Below are positions 36,251-44,706 of a DNA stretch of 44,706 nucleotides, piece by piece. How positions within the stretch are numbered: position 1 is the first letter of the stretch; each line of letters starts with the position of its first letter. The stretch lies in assembly GCA_021454005.1 (NCBI GenBank), contig GCA_021454005.1_3939.1. The stretch is one strand, 5' to 3'. This stretch comes from a phage. Made by a program: the position numbers and the translations under genes. Under the pieces are notes generated by a model. It was not told the DNA's origin, made no database searches, and was given only the letters and a program-made list of their open reading frames with translations.

Positions 36251-36737
36251 AGGATTTGGCAATTGCCCTACCTACGGTCATTGGGTATCTTTATGTGGGG
36301 AAGTTGACCCCACTAAACATTTTGGCTTTGTCTATTTAGTACACTGTAAGAAGACTGGACAATATTATATAGGAAAGAAACAGCTTAACAGTGTGACCAA
36401 AAGAAAAGTTGCTGGGAAGACTCGGAAGAAGGTAGTCACTAAGGAAAGTGATTGGATGACTTACGAAACCTCTTCTGAGTATATTAAAAAAGATATTGAG
36501 AGTTTTGGAAAAGAATTTTTTGACTTTTACATTATTCAGACCTATTACACAAAAGGTGGCCTAGTCTATGGTGAAGCAAACCTTCAACATAAATTCGATG
36601 TAATGACAAAAAGGATTGACTCTAAGCTCAGACTCTTCTACAATGCCAATATTGCAGCAATTAAGTTTATCACTAAAGAAACTTATGAAGATGCTGAAAA
36701 AAGAATCCATAAGGTAATGAAAGCAAATTGTGCTTGA
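36240..36737 (+). CDS. GIY-YIG family endonuclease (homing endonuclease-like)
   Basis: GFVYLVHCKKTGQYYIGKK shows GIY...YIG spacing with downstream R/E residues; overlaps exonuclease stop by 11 nt. Confidence 0.55.
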   Translation: MKIKGFGNCPTYGHWVSLCGEVDPTKHFGFVYLVHCKKTGQYYIGKKQLNSVTKRKVAGKTRKKVVTKESDWMTYETSSEYIKKDIESFGKEFFDFYIIQTYYTKGGLVYGEANLQHKFDVMTKRIDSKLRLFYNANIAAIKFITKETYEDAEKRIHKVMKANCA

Positions 36738-36743
36738 TAACTA

Positions 36744-36989
36744 TTGAGAGAGAATAAAATGTTTAACAAAAGCAAAGCTGTGAGTCATGTAGCAAAAGTT
36801 GACAGCAAGATTGAAGAACTTGAGCGCATCCTTGCAAATGCTAGAGAGTCAATAATCAAAGAAGTTGAAGCTGTTGAATCTCAAATGCAGCACCTAATGC
36901 TTAAACGCCAAGAGCTACGTGAGCATCTGGAATATATTGAAACACGAGAGCTAAAGGTTAACAGATTTTTAAGGAGTCCAAATGTTTAA
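36744..36989 (+). CDS. hypothetical small coiled-coil protein
   Basis: 81 aa charged helical ORF. Confidence 0.3.
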   Translation: MRENKMFNKSKAVSHVAKVDSKIEELERILANARESIIKEVEAVESQMQHLMLKRQELREHLEYIETRELKVNRFLRSPNV

Positions 36990-37737
36990 CTCAAGAGAAG
37001 CAGTAAAAAACTGGAATCTTCGTTGTGGAAACACTCAAAAGCAACCTTACAGTGATGAGTATTGGGAATCTTTAAAATCCCAGTCTCTGTGTATGCTGGA
37101 AGAAGCAAAAGAGCTTGTAAAAGCAATTGAAGAGAAAGACCCCATTGAGACACTGGATGCTCAGGCAGATTTGCAATATGTTCTTGACGGTTTGATTTAC
37201 CTGTCACAACATGACCATAACGGTGCTATGAAAGCTGTTTGCCGTAATAATGACCTGAAGTACACAGATGACTATGAAGAAGCTTTAAAACGTCTTGCAG
37301 ATATTGAGAAGCGTACTGGTCAAGAGTGTATTATCAGAATGTCAGTAGTTGATGGTAAAGAGTGGTATGCCATTGTTCGTGCAGCAGATGGGAAGATTAT
37401 GAAGCAATCGAATCTCCCTAAAGTACAGCTTGGTGAATACATTGTAGAACTTGAAAGCCAAGAACTTTTTGTGGTAGTATCTGAGACATGCGTTATCTGC
37501 AAAGGTATTGTAGATAGTTTAAAGGATTTGGGTGTAGATGGTTTTGTAGAAGTTAATCCAATTACCTCTAAAGCAGATAAAGACTTCTGTAAAGAGAATG
37601 GACTATGGATTGCAGATATTGTCTATTATGATGGTGAGCAGTTCCATGTAACCTCATACCCGAAACTGAATTATGATGCTAATAACCTGAAGTGCTGGTT
37701 AAAAGGGGTTGGTTATAATGGATTCACAGAACATTAA
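36982..37737 (+). CDS. hypothetical protein, possible MazG-like domain
   Basis: N-terminal segment LEEAKELVKAIEEKDPIETLDAQADLQYVLDGL resembles the MazG/HisE helical motif (weak, by eye). Confidence 0.3.
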   Translation: MFNSREAVKNWNLRCGNTQKQPYSDEYWESLKSQSLCMLEEAKELVKAIEEKDPIETLDAQADLQYVLDGLIYLSQHDHNGAMKAVCRNNDLKYTDDYEEALKRLADIEKRTGQECIIRMSVVDGKEWYAIVRAADGKIMKQSNLPKVQLGEYIVELESQELFVVVSETCVICKGIVDSLKDLGVDGFVEVNPITSKADKDFCKENGLWIADIVYYDGEQFHVTSYPKLNYDANNLKCWLKGVGYNGFTEH

Positions 37738-38041
37738 TAAAGAGGGTGTGGCTCAGAAGAGCCACTTCTCAAACTACAATATTTCTATGACGGTGTTCAT
37801 GAATGACCCGTTACTAGAAAAATATGGTGAGACTCCAGATACACTTCTGGACAATGAACAAGTTTTAAAAGCAGTCCTGTACAAATATGGGATTGATATT
37901 GAGAAAGAATATTCCTTTGAAATCTGCCAACACAGGAATACTTTCGGTAAAGTTGTGATGGCTCCACTCTTTATGGGTGTAGAAAGGACTGACTATGGTT
38001 GGTTATATCTAAAAAGAAACTTGGAGAAATACCGTGTCTAA
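37709..38041 (+). CDS. hypothetical protein
   Basis: 110 aa ORF; no motif recognised. Confidence 0.3.
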   Translation: MVIMDSQNINKEGVAQKSHFSNYNISMTVFMNDPLLEKYGETPDTLLDNEQVLKAVLYKYGIDIEKEYSFEICQHRNTFGKVVMAPLFMGVERTDYGWLYLKRNLEKYRV

Positions 38042-38372
38042 AGCAAAAAAGCTATCTTATGATGATATTGTCTCAGGTGCTAAGTTAGGCGTTGACAGCC
38101 TCGGACAAGATGTTAAGCACGGGGACACAGTTATGTACTGTGATGACCGAAGAGGTAGAAGTGCAATCTTGTTTGGAAGAATTGTTTGCAAGATGCGAGG
38201 CAATTACGTTGTTGCAGACATGGATGTGAACGTTACACAAAAACTTGAAACACTTATGGATGATAATACATCATCATGGTTCTCCCTGAATTGTATGCAC
38301 ACTTCTTCAGTCACAAAAGTAAGTGATAAGTTTTACGATATGTGGCAGAATGAGCAAATTTTCAAGATTTAA
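38034..38372 (+). CDS. hypothetical protein
   Basis: 112 aa ORF followed by terminator. Confidence 0.3.
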   Translation: MSKAKKLSYDDIVSGAKLGVDSLGQDVKHGDTVMYCDDRRGRSAILFGRIVCKMRGNYVVADMDVNVTQKLETLMDDNTSSWFSLNCMHTSSVTKVSDKFYDMWQNEQIFKI

Positions 38373-38376
38373 ACTA

Positions 38377-38402
38377 GGGAGCCTCTTCGGAGGCTCTTTT
38401 CA
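38377..38402 (+). terminator. rho-independent terminator (UUCG tetraloop)
   Basis: GAGCCTC-TTCG-GAGGCTC followed by TTTTCAT; same hairpin as the - strand terminator at 22661-22678. Confidence 0.55.
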
Positions 38403-38418
38403 TCTGTAGGATTCAAAA

Positions 38419-40653
38419 ATGATTAAGACAATTAAAAAATCAAACGGTACAGTAGTAAGCTTTGACCCAGAAAGACTGAATAAGTGGGCATCATGGGCAG
38501 ATAAACGTGGAATTATCTGGTCAGAAGTCACTATGGAAGCTATGAAACGTGTCTATGAGGGTTGCACTACAAAAGAGATGCACCAAGCCATGATTGATGT
38601 TTGTGTTGATAAACAAACTCAAGAGTACTCAGATATGGCTGGACGGCTACTTTTGGGTATTATCTACAAAGAAGCCTTTGGAGGCTTTACTAAGGTTCCT
38701 ACGCTGGTTACCTTCGTTAAAAATATGGAGAGAGCAGGACTTTGGGAGAAGATGGACTACTCACAGGAAGAGCTTGAATACCTGCAAGGTTACATTGTGC
38801 ACTCAAAAGATATCTCTTACGGTTATGCAGTCTTGAAACAGTTCAGAGACAAGTATGGTATCCGTGATATTAAAACGGGAAGACTTTTTGAGTCACCACA
38901 ATTTATGTTCATGGGTATGGCTATGAAAGCCTTTGAGAAGCAACCAAAGCACCGTAGACTGCAAGATGTTATCAAGCTGTACACTTACCTATCTGACCTG
39001 AAGATTAACGCGCCTACGCCATATTTAAACGGTTTAAGAGCAACTAAATCAGGTTATGCGTCATGCTGTTTGATTAAGGCAAATGACACTGCCGAATCTC
39101 TCGGTATTGCTGCAAAGGTTGCTTATGATATGACTACAAAGCAAGCTGGCATTGGGATGCTGATGGAGACTCGTACTATTGGTGATGGTATCCGTCAAAA
39201 TACTATTGAGCACATGGGTAAACTCCCTTATTACAAGCTTGTACGCTCATCTGTAGAGGCAAACAAACAGAAGAGTCGTGGTGGTTCAGCTAATAACTTC
39301 TACACTGCTCTAGACCCGCAGATTGAAGATTTACTGCGTTTGAAGCACCCTACAACGGTTCCTTCTAAACGTATTAATGAGATGGACTACTCATTCGGCA
39401 CAAACGATTATTTCTGGCAGTGTGTTCAGTATGATACAGATTGGTTGCTATTCTCTTACAAAGATGCACCAAAACTCTATGACATGTTCTACACAGCATC
39501 TGCTGATGAGTTTGCTATGGCAGTTGGTCATGCAGTACATTCAGGTGTTAAGCACAGACGGGTAAAGGCTCGTGAAATTGCTAAGCTGTTTATTCAACAG
39601 CGTTATGCTACAGGTCGTGTGTATCCATTCTTCACTAACAATGCAAACACACATACACCATTTAAAGAACCATTGAAGATGTCAAATCTTTGTATGGAAA
39701 TTGTGTTGCCAGTGTACGGCTTTGAGAAAGAGACAGACCTTTACAGAGATGATGCTATGAAAGAGGATGGTGAGGTAGCTCTTTGCTTCCTAGCTAGTTT
39801 GGTTGCAGGGAGAATTTCAGAAGATGAATACGCTGACGTTGCTTATTATGCTCTTGCAATGGTTGACTCCGTTATTGACCTTATGGATTATCCGTATCCG
39901 TCGATGCGTAACCATGTTCAGAAGCGTCGTTCTGTTGGGATTGGCCTTACAAATGTGGCTCATTACCTTGCGAAGAACTACGTGAACTACTCTTCACGAG
40001 CAGGTAAAACGAAACTTCATGAACTGGCAGAGATGCACTCTTACTATCTGCATGAAGCCTCTCTGAGACTTGCTAAAGAGCGTGGAGTTCCAGAGTACAT
40101 GAAGTTCACTAAGTATCCTGAAGGCTGGGTTCCTCCAAAGACAGCCAACAAGAAGATTGATGAAAAGCATGATGCAAAACTACGATATGATTGGGATGAC
40201 TTAGCACAACGTATCAAAGAAAATGGTGGAATCCGAAACTCTGTATTAGAAGCTTACATGCCTAATGAGAGTTCTTCACTAGCAACTAATACGACAAATG
40301 GCTTGTACCCAATTCGTGACTTTATTTTAACTAAAAAGTCTGCAACTGGTAACGTGCTGTTTATTGTTCCAGATTATGAAGAGTTGAAGTATGTATATGA
40401 AATTGCTTGGGGTATTGACACCTTTGACCTGATTGATTGTTATGCAATTGTTCAAAAGTTCACTGGTCAAGCTATCTCTTCAGATTTCTATGTTGACTAC
40501 GCAAAAGCTAAGAAGGTATCATTGGCTCAAGCTTTGAAGTACATGATTTATGCCAACTCGGTAGGTATGAAAACCATGTACTACCTTAACAGTCGCATTG
40601 GTGTAGGTAAATCTGCACTGCAAGATGCTTATTGCGAGGGTTGTGGTGTTTAG
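38419..40653 (+). CDS. nrdA: ribonucleotide reductase class Ia alpha subunit
   Basis: N-terminal ATP-cone-like segment; SNLCMEIVLP, GEVALCFLAS, RRSVGIGLTNVAHYLAK and C-terminal CEGCG match recalled E. coli NrdA motifs. Confidence 0.85.
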   Translation: MIKTIKKSNGTVVSFDPERLNKWASWADKRGIIWSEVTMEAMKRVYEGCTTKEMHQAMIDVCVDKQTQEYSDMAGRLLLGIIYKEAFGGFTKVPTLVTFVKNMERAGLWEKMDYSQEELEYLQGYIVHSKDISYGYAVLKQFRDKYGIRDIKTGRLFESPQFMFMGMAMKAFEKQPKHRRLQDVIKLYTYLSDLKINAPTPYLNGLRATKSGYASCCLIKANDTAESLGIAAKVAYDMTTKQAGIGMLMETRTIGDGIRQNTIEHMGKLPYYKLVRSSVEANKQKSRGGSANNFYTALDPQIEDLLRLKHPTTVPSKRINEMDYSFGTNDYFWQCVQYDTDWLLFSYKDAPKLYDMFYTASADEFAMAVGHAVHSGVKHRRVKAREIAKLFIQQRYATGRVYPFFTNNANTHTPFKEPLKMSNLCMEIVLPVYGFEKETDLYRDDAMKEDGEVALCFLASLVAGRISEDEYADVAYYALAMVDSVIDLMDYPYPSMRNHVQKRRSVGIGLTNVAHYLAKNYVNYSSRAGKTKLHELAEMHSYYLHEASLRLAKERGVPEYMKFTKYPEGWVPPKTANKKIDEKHDAKLRYDWDDLAQRIKENGGIRNSVLEAYMPNESSSLATNTTNGLYPIRDFILTKKSATGNVLFIVPDYEELKYVYEIAWGIDTFDLIDCYAIVQKFTGQAISSDFYVDYAKAKKVSLAQALKYMIYANSVGMKTMYYLNSRIGVGKSALQDAYCEGCGV

Positions 40654-40666
40654 TTTTAACAACTAT

Positions 40667-40687
40667 GAGGGTCGTAAAAGACCCTCT
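40667..40687 (+). other. stem-loop after nrdA without U-tract
   Basis: GAGGGTC-GTAAAA-GACCCTC followed by A-rich sequence; shares AAAAGACCCTCT with the repeat-array hairpins. Confidence 0.35.
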
Positions 40688-40708
40688 AAAAATAACTTTG
40701 GAGAGACC

Positions 40709-40966
40709 ATGAAAGATTTAATAGAAAAACATGAGCGACCAATATACTTGCTCTACAAACCCCGCAAAGCATTGTACTATGTGAGCAGCACAGGTATCAT
40801 GATAAAGCAGAATGATGACTTATGGGTCACTGGAGCCTCTTATATCTCTACAGCAGATGGTAAAATTTACGCAAGACCTTATGAGATGTTTAACAAAGAA
40901 AATTGGGAAGTTTTAGACAGAAAACAAGCCTTAGAAATGATAAAGAAAGGAGAAATCACGCTATGA
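40709..40966 (+). CDS. hypothetical small protein between nrdA and nrdB
   Basis: Start set at ATG 40709 with RBS GGAGAG; 85 aa. Confidence 0.3.
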   Translation: MKDLIEKHERPIYLLYKPRKALYYVSSTGIMIKQNDDLWVTGASYISTADGKIYARPYEMFNKENWEVLDRKQALEMIKKGEITL

Positions 40967-42036
40967 TTAACCAGCACCCAATCTTTTTAGGTGGTGAGAG
41001 AAAAACTTTTGACTCACTTAATAAACACTACCCAAAAATCTTTGAACTTTATAAACAACAAAAAGCACAAGACTGGTCAGAAGATGAGTTCCCTTTTGAA
41101 CAATCACGTCTTGATTTTGAGAGTGTCCCAGCATCAATGTCAGGTGTAATGCTTGAGATTCTTAAGTGGCAGTGGGAAGCAGATACTCAAGTTGCTAAGA
41201 GCTTGGCATTTGCCTTTGCACCATTTATCTCTGATGACATCTATGCAACTGCAATTATGAAGCAGTCTGAGATTGAAAACCTACATGCCCTTACTTACTC
41301 AGAGATTGTAAGGCAATGTATTAAAAACCCTGAAACAATCTTAGATGAGATTAACCAGAATGTTGCTGTGCAAGACCGATTAAAAACTGTGAATCGTGTT
41401 CTTGAAGAATTACTGGATGAAGGTATAAACTATCGTCTGAGTTATGTGCGTGATTCACTTCTGGACAAAGACCCTTTACACTTCCATAAAGTGATTCTAA
41501 AAGGTCTATTTGCAGTGACTGCACTTGAAGGTATATCTTTTATGGCATCCTTTGCATGCACTTTTGCACTTGATGCTCAAGATAAATTTCAGGGTATTGC
41601 TCAAGCTGTGCAGAAGATTATGCTTGATGAAATCCTTCACACTAAAATTGATATTGAAGTTTTAAAAGAAACTTTAAGAGATGATGAGTGGCAGAAAGCT
41701 TTTCAACAAATTCTTCCAGAGATTAAAGTAATCTTAGATGAAGTAGTTGAAAGTGAAGAGAAATGGTCGTATTATATCTTCTCCGAAGGACGTGCTGTAG
41801 TTGGCTTAAATACAAAGCTTCTTCATGAGTGGGTTTACTATAATGCTGCCCCACTGTATGATATGTTTGGCATTCCCAGAGATTTTGTAGCTCCTAAAGA
41901 ACCACCTTTGAAGTACATGATTAAGAAGATGGAAATTGATAAAGAGCAGAATGCTAATCAGGAACAACAGAATGGCGCGTACCTATTGAATACTGTTGTA
42001 GATGATTTGAATAGTGGATTTTTAGAGGTTCCTTAA
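40963..42036 (+). CDS. nrdB: ribonucleotide reductase class Ia beta subunit
   Basis: EGISFMASFACTFAL resembles the E. coli NrdB EGIFFSGSF region; size and position after nrdA; start at ATG 40963 with RBS AAGGAG. Confidence 0.8.
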   Translation: MINQHPIFLGGERKTFDSLNKHYPKIFELYKQQKAQDWSEDEFPFEQSRLDFESVPASMSGVMLEILKWQWEADTQVAKSLAFAFAPFISDDIYATAIMKQSEIENLHALTYSEIVRQCIKNPETILDEINQNVAVQDRLKTVNRVLEELLDEGINYRLSYVRDSLLDKDPLHFHKVILKGLFAVTALEGISFMASFACTFALDAQDKFQGIAQAVQKIMLDEILHTKIDIEVLKETLRDDEWQKAFQQILPEIKVILDEVVESEEKWSYYIFSEGRAVVGLNTKLLHEWVYYNAAPLYDMFGIPRDFVAPKEPPLKYMIKKMEIDKEQNANQEQQNGAYLLNTVVDDLNSGFLEVP

Positions 42037-42278
42037 TGACTTATGTAATTTACTCCAAAACTGGATGCCCTCAGTGCGAGACTGCAAAGAATTTTGCAAA
42101 AGCTCGTGGTATTGACCATGTTGTGAGAATGTTAGGGCAGGACTATGAACTATCAGACCTGATTGATATTGCACAGATGCCAGTTCGTCAGATGCCATTC
42201 ATCATGAAAACTGATGGGCAAAACCTAAAACCTGTTGGTACGCTACAGAATTTTATGGCAGAGGTGAATAATGCTTAA
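42036..42278 (+). CDS. glutaredoxin/NrdH-like redoxin
   Basis: 80 aa with CPQC redox motif near N-terminus (YSKTGCPQCETAK), between nrdB and nrdD. Confidence 0.65.
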   Translation: MTYVIYSKTGCPQCETAKNFAKARGIDHVVRMLGQDYELSDLIDIAQMPVRQMPFIMKTDGQNLKPVGTLQNFMAEVNNA

Positions 42279-42477
42279 ACGCATTTGGGAAGGTTTGGTT
42301 GTTGATGCACCAGCTATTGTGATTGGTATGCTTATCGTTAACCTATTTACTGACTTTGAACAAGGTTCATTGTTTGGAGCCATGTTACTATGGGTTATCT
42401 TCGAAATATTAGAGATACAGTTAGGTATCACTGAAAAACTAAGAGAACTCTTTGCGAAGTTTTCTAAAAAGATTTAA
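42271..42477 (+). CDS. small hydrophobic membrane protein (hypothetical)
   Basis: 68 aa with two hydrophobic segments; overlaps redoxin stop. Confidence 0.3.
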   Translation: MLKRIWEGLVVDAPAIVIGMLIVNLFTDFEQGSLFGAMLLWVIFEILEIQLGITEKLRELFAKFSKKI

Positions 42478-42483
42478 AATGAA

Positions 42484-42507
42484 AGGGTCTCTTCGGAGAC
42501 CTTTTTA
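42484..42507 (+). terminator. rho-independent terminator (UUCG tetraloop)
   Basis: AGGTCTC-TTCG-GAGACCT hairpin followed by TTTTT. Confidence 0.55.
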
Positions 42508-42525
42508 GCATGTAAAGGGGCAATA

Positions 42526-44670
42526 ATGAACAAAGTACAGATTATTAAAAAGAATGGCTCACTTGAAGAACCTGATATCAAAAAAGTTTTAGCAGCAGTC
42601 ACAAAGTCAGCTAACAGAGTTGGTTATAAAGAGCTTCCACCAGATGTTACTCAAGCTCTTGAGTCAGCATTTATGAGGATTCTGGTAAAGTCCACTAAGC
42701 AGAATAATTTGCTAATTTCGGTAAATGATATTCACAGTATTGTTGAGGGTGCTTTGGCAGAAGTCAATCACGAGATTTATGAGTCTTACTCAACATATAG
42801 AAATTACCGTAAAGAGGTTGCTCAAAATTGGGATGAACTCTACCAGAAGACTAAAGATACACTCTTCTTAGGTGACCGAGAAAACGCTAATTTTGACAGC
42901 AGTTTAATTTCTACAAAAGGTTCAATTATTCGTGGTTATCTGACTAAAGAAATCTTTAAACAGTACCATTTAACACCAGAGGAACTTGAAGCCATTGAAA
43001 AAGGGTTTATCTACATCCATGATTTAAGAGACCTAATTTTTGGTGGTATCAACTGTTGCCTGTTTGACATTGGTAAAGTCCTGAAAGGTGGCTTTGAAAT
43101 GTCTGGCATCGAATATTGTGAACCGAAGTCTGTACTGTCAGCCTTACAGGTTATTGGTGATGTAGTTCTTTCAGCAACTGCACAGCAATTTGGTGGCTTT
43201 ACTTTAGCAGAGATTGATAAGGTACTTGTACCGTATGCTAAGAAGTCTCTACACTATCATGCTGAGAAAGCAGCATCTTATGGTATTCCTAAAGAACATT
43301 ACCACAATTATGTCATGGAGCAGCTACAGATTGAACTGACTCAGGGTTTCCAGTCACTTGAAATGAAACTAAACACTGTACCTTGTAGTCGTGGGGATTT
43401 TGCATTCACAACTTTGACATTCGGGTTACTTGACTCAGATATGTCCAATGAAGATAACCGACTGCAATACATGATTGCAAGTACTCTCCTAGATGTTCGT
43501 ATGAATGGACAAGGTAAGAGCAAGAAGCCTGTTGTATTCCCTAAACTGGTTTATATTTATGACCAGAAGAGACACGATGAGAATATCTGTCAAGGCCACC
43601 TGTACAGTAAAGCTATTGAGTGTTGCTCTAAAGCAATGTATCCAGACTTCTTAAGTGTATCTGGTCATGGTGCTGTAGCAGAGGCTTTTGAGCGTTCTGG
43701 TAAGGTTATTTCACCAATGGGTTGCAGAGCTTTCTTGTCTCCATATCTTAATGAGGATGGGGAAGAGTTCTACGTTGGTCGTGCTAACATTGGTGCTGTA
43801 TCTTTGAACTTACCAATGATTTACCAGTATTCTAAAGAGAATGGATTAGACTTCTGGACAGAACTTGATAAATATCTCGAAATGATTCGTAGCTTCCATA
43901 AGAAACGCTACGAAATGATTGCTAATATGCCAGCAAGTTCTAACCCTCTTGCATTCACACAAGGTGGTCTGTACAAAGGAACTAAGAAACCTACTGACAA
44001 GGTTGGTTGGGATATTGTGAAGTCCTTCACAGCTTCTTTTGGTGTTACTGCGCTTGATGAGTTGTCTGTTCTTGCTGAAGGTAAACGACTTCATGAAGTT
44101 GGAAGCTATAGTTTTGCATATGATGTTCTGGCATACATCAACATGAAAACCGAAGAGTTTAAAAATGAAGATGGCTTCTTATATGCCGTCTATGGTACTC
44201 CAGCAGAATCACTATGTGGGACTCAGCTAAAACAGTTCAGAGATATGTTTGGGGTTATCAAAGGTGTTTCCGATAAGGAATACTTTACAAACAGTTTCCA
44301 TATGAATGTTGCAGCAGACATCTCGCCATTTGAGAAGCAGGACTTAGAAGAGCGATTCTTCCATATCTGTAGAGGCGGTAGAATCCAGTATGTAAGAGTA
44401 GCTAACCCAGAAAACTTAACAGCACTTAAAAGTTGTATTACAAGAGGGATGTTGAAAGGTTTCTATCAGGGGCTTAACTTTGACTTAGCAATCTGTGAAC
44501 ATTGTGGTAACAGACCAAAGGCTGATGTTGAAGAATGTGAGGTTTGCCATTCACATGATATCTCTGTGATTAACAGGGTGTGTGGGTATCTTGGATGGAC
44601 TAAGATTAAAGGTGAATCCCGAATGAACGATGCAAAAATCGCTGAGATTCGTGATAGAGTCTCTATGTAA
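42526..44670 (+). CDS. nrdD: anaerobic ribonucleotide reductase class III
   Basis: C-terminal glycyl-radical motif RVCGYLG preceded by Cys cluster CEHCGN...CEVCHSH; N-terminal ATP-cone-like segment; 714 aa. Confidence 0.85.
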   Translation: MNKVQIIKKNGSLEEPDIKKVLAAVTKSANRVGYKELPPDVTQALESAFMRILVKSTKQNNLLISVNDIHSIVEGALAEVNHEIYESYSTYRNYRKEVAQNWDELYQKTKDTLFLGDRENANFDSSLISTKGSIIRGYLTKEIFKQYHLTPEELEAIEKGFIYIHDLRDLIFGGINCCLFDIGKVLKGGFEMSGIEYCEPKSVLSALQVIGDVVLSATAQQFGGFTLAEIDKVLVPYAKKSLHYHAEKAASYGIPKEHYHNYVMEQLQIELTQGFQSLEMKLNTVPCSRGDFAFTTLTFGLLDSDMSNEDNRLQYMIASTLLDVRMNGQGKSKKPVVFPKLVYIYDQKRHDENICQGHLYSKAIECCSKAMYPDFLSVSGHGAVAEAFERSGKVISPMGCRAFLSPYLNEDGEEFYVGRANIGAVSLNLPMIYQYSKENGLDFWTELDKYLEMIRSFHKKRYEMIANMPASSNPLAFTQGGLYKGTKKPTDKVGWDIVKSFTASFGVTALDELSVLAEGKRLHEVGSYSFAYDVLAYINMKTEEFKNEDGFLYAVYGTPAESLCGTQLKQFRDMFGVIKGVSDKEYFTNSFHMNVAADISPFEKQDLEERFFHICRGGRIQYVRVANPENLTALKSCITRGMLKGFYQGLNFDLAICEHCGNRPKADVEECEVCHSHDISVINRVCGYLGWTKIKGESRMNDAKIAEIRDRVSM

Positions 44671-44672
44671 AA

Positions 44673-44684
44673 CTTGACAAGGTG
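44673..44684 (+). promoter_or_regulatory. conserved CTTGACAAGGTG box after nrdD
   Basis: Same 12-mer as 29402-29413 (+) and 26615-26626 (- strand); contains TTGACA; downstream gene is outside the window. Confidence 0.35.
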
Positions 44685-44706
44685 ATGTGGGTCTTGATAG
44701 GCTTAC

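Overview
This 44.7 kb window reads as a gene-dense segment of a virulent tailed phage (myovirus-type), roughly 40% GC by eye, with no integrase or host-like genes seen. It has three blocks. (1) 1-18.7 kb, + strand: late structural module (scaffold-like, decoration-like, major capsid, neck genes, tail sheath, tail tube, frameshifted tail chaperones, tape measure, baseplate genes, two tail fibers with His-rich tips, two small membrane proteins). (2) 18.7-29.3 kb, - strand, convergent with block 1 at a bidirectional terminator: thymidylate synthase, DHFR, small accessory ORFs, ATP-dependent DNA ligase, family-A DNA polymerase. (3) 29.6-44.7 kb, + strand: T4-gp1-like dNMP kinase, T7-gp4-like primase-helicase, SSB, T7-gp6-like exonuclease, GIY-YIG endonuclease, NrdA, NrdB, glutaredoxin-like protein, NrdD. 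The gene content recalls Felix-O1-like phages, but that is from memory and unverified. The most unusual thing is two intergenic arrays of modular repeats (22283-22656 and 23761-24098) that bracket a two-gene cassette of unknown function: two hairpin families with conserved loops and covarying stems alternate with five G-depleted tracts of 5-nt periodicity. All functional calls rest on motifs read by eye and on gene order; no searches were run.
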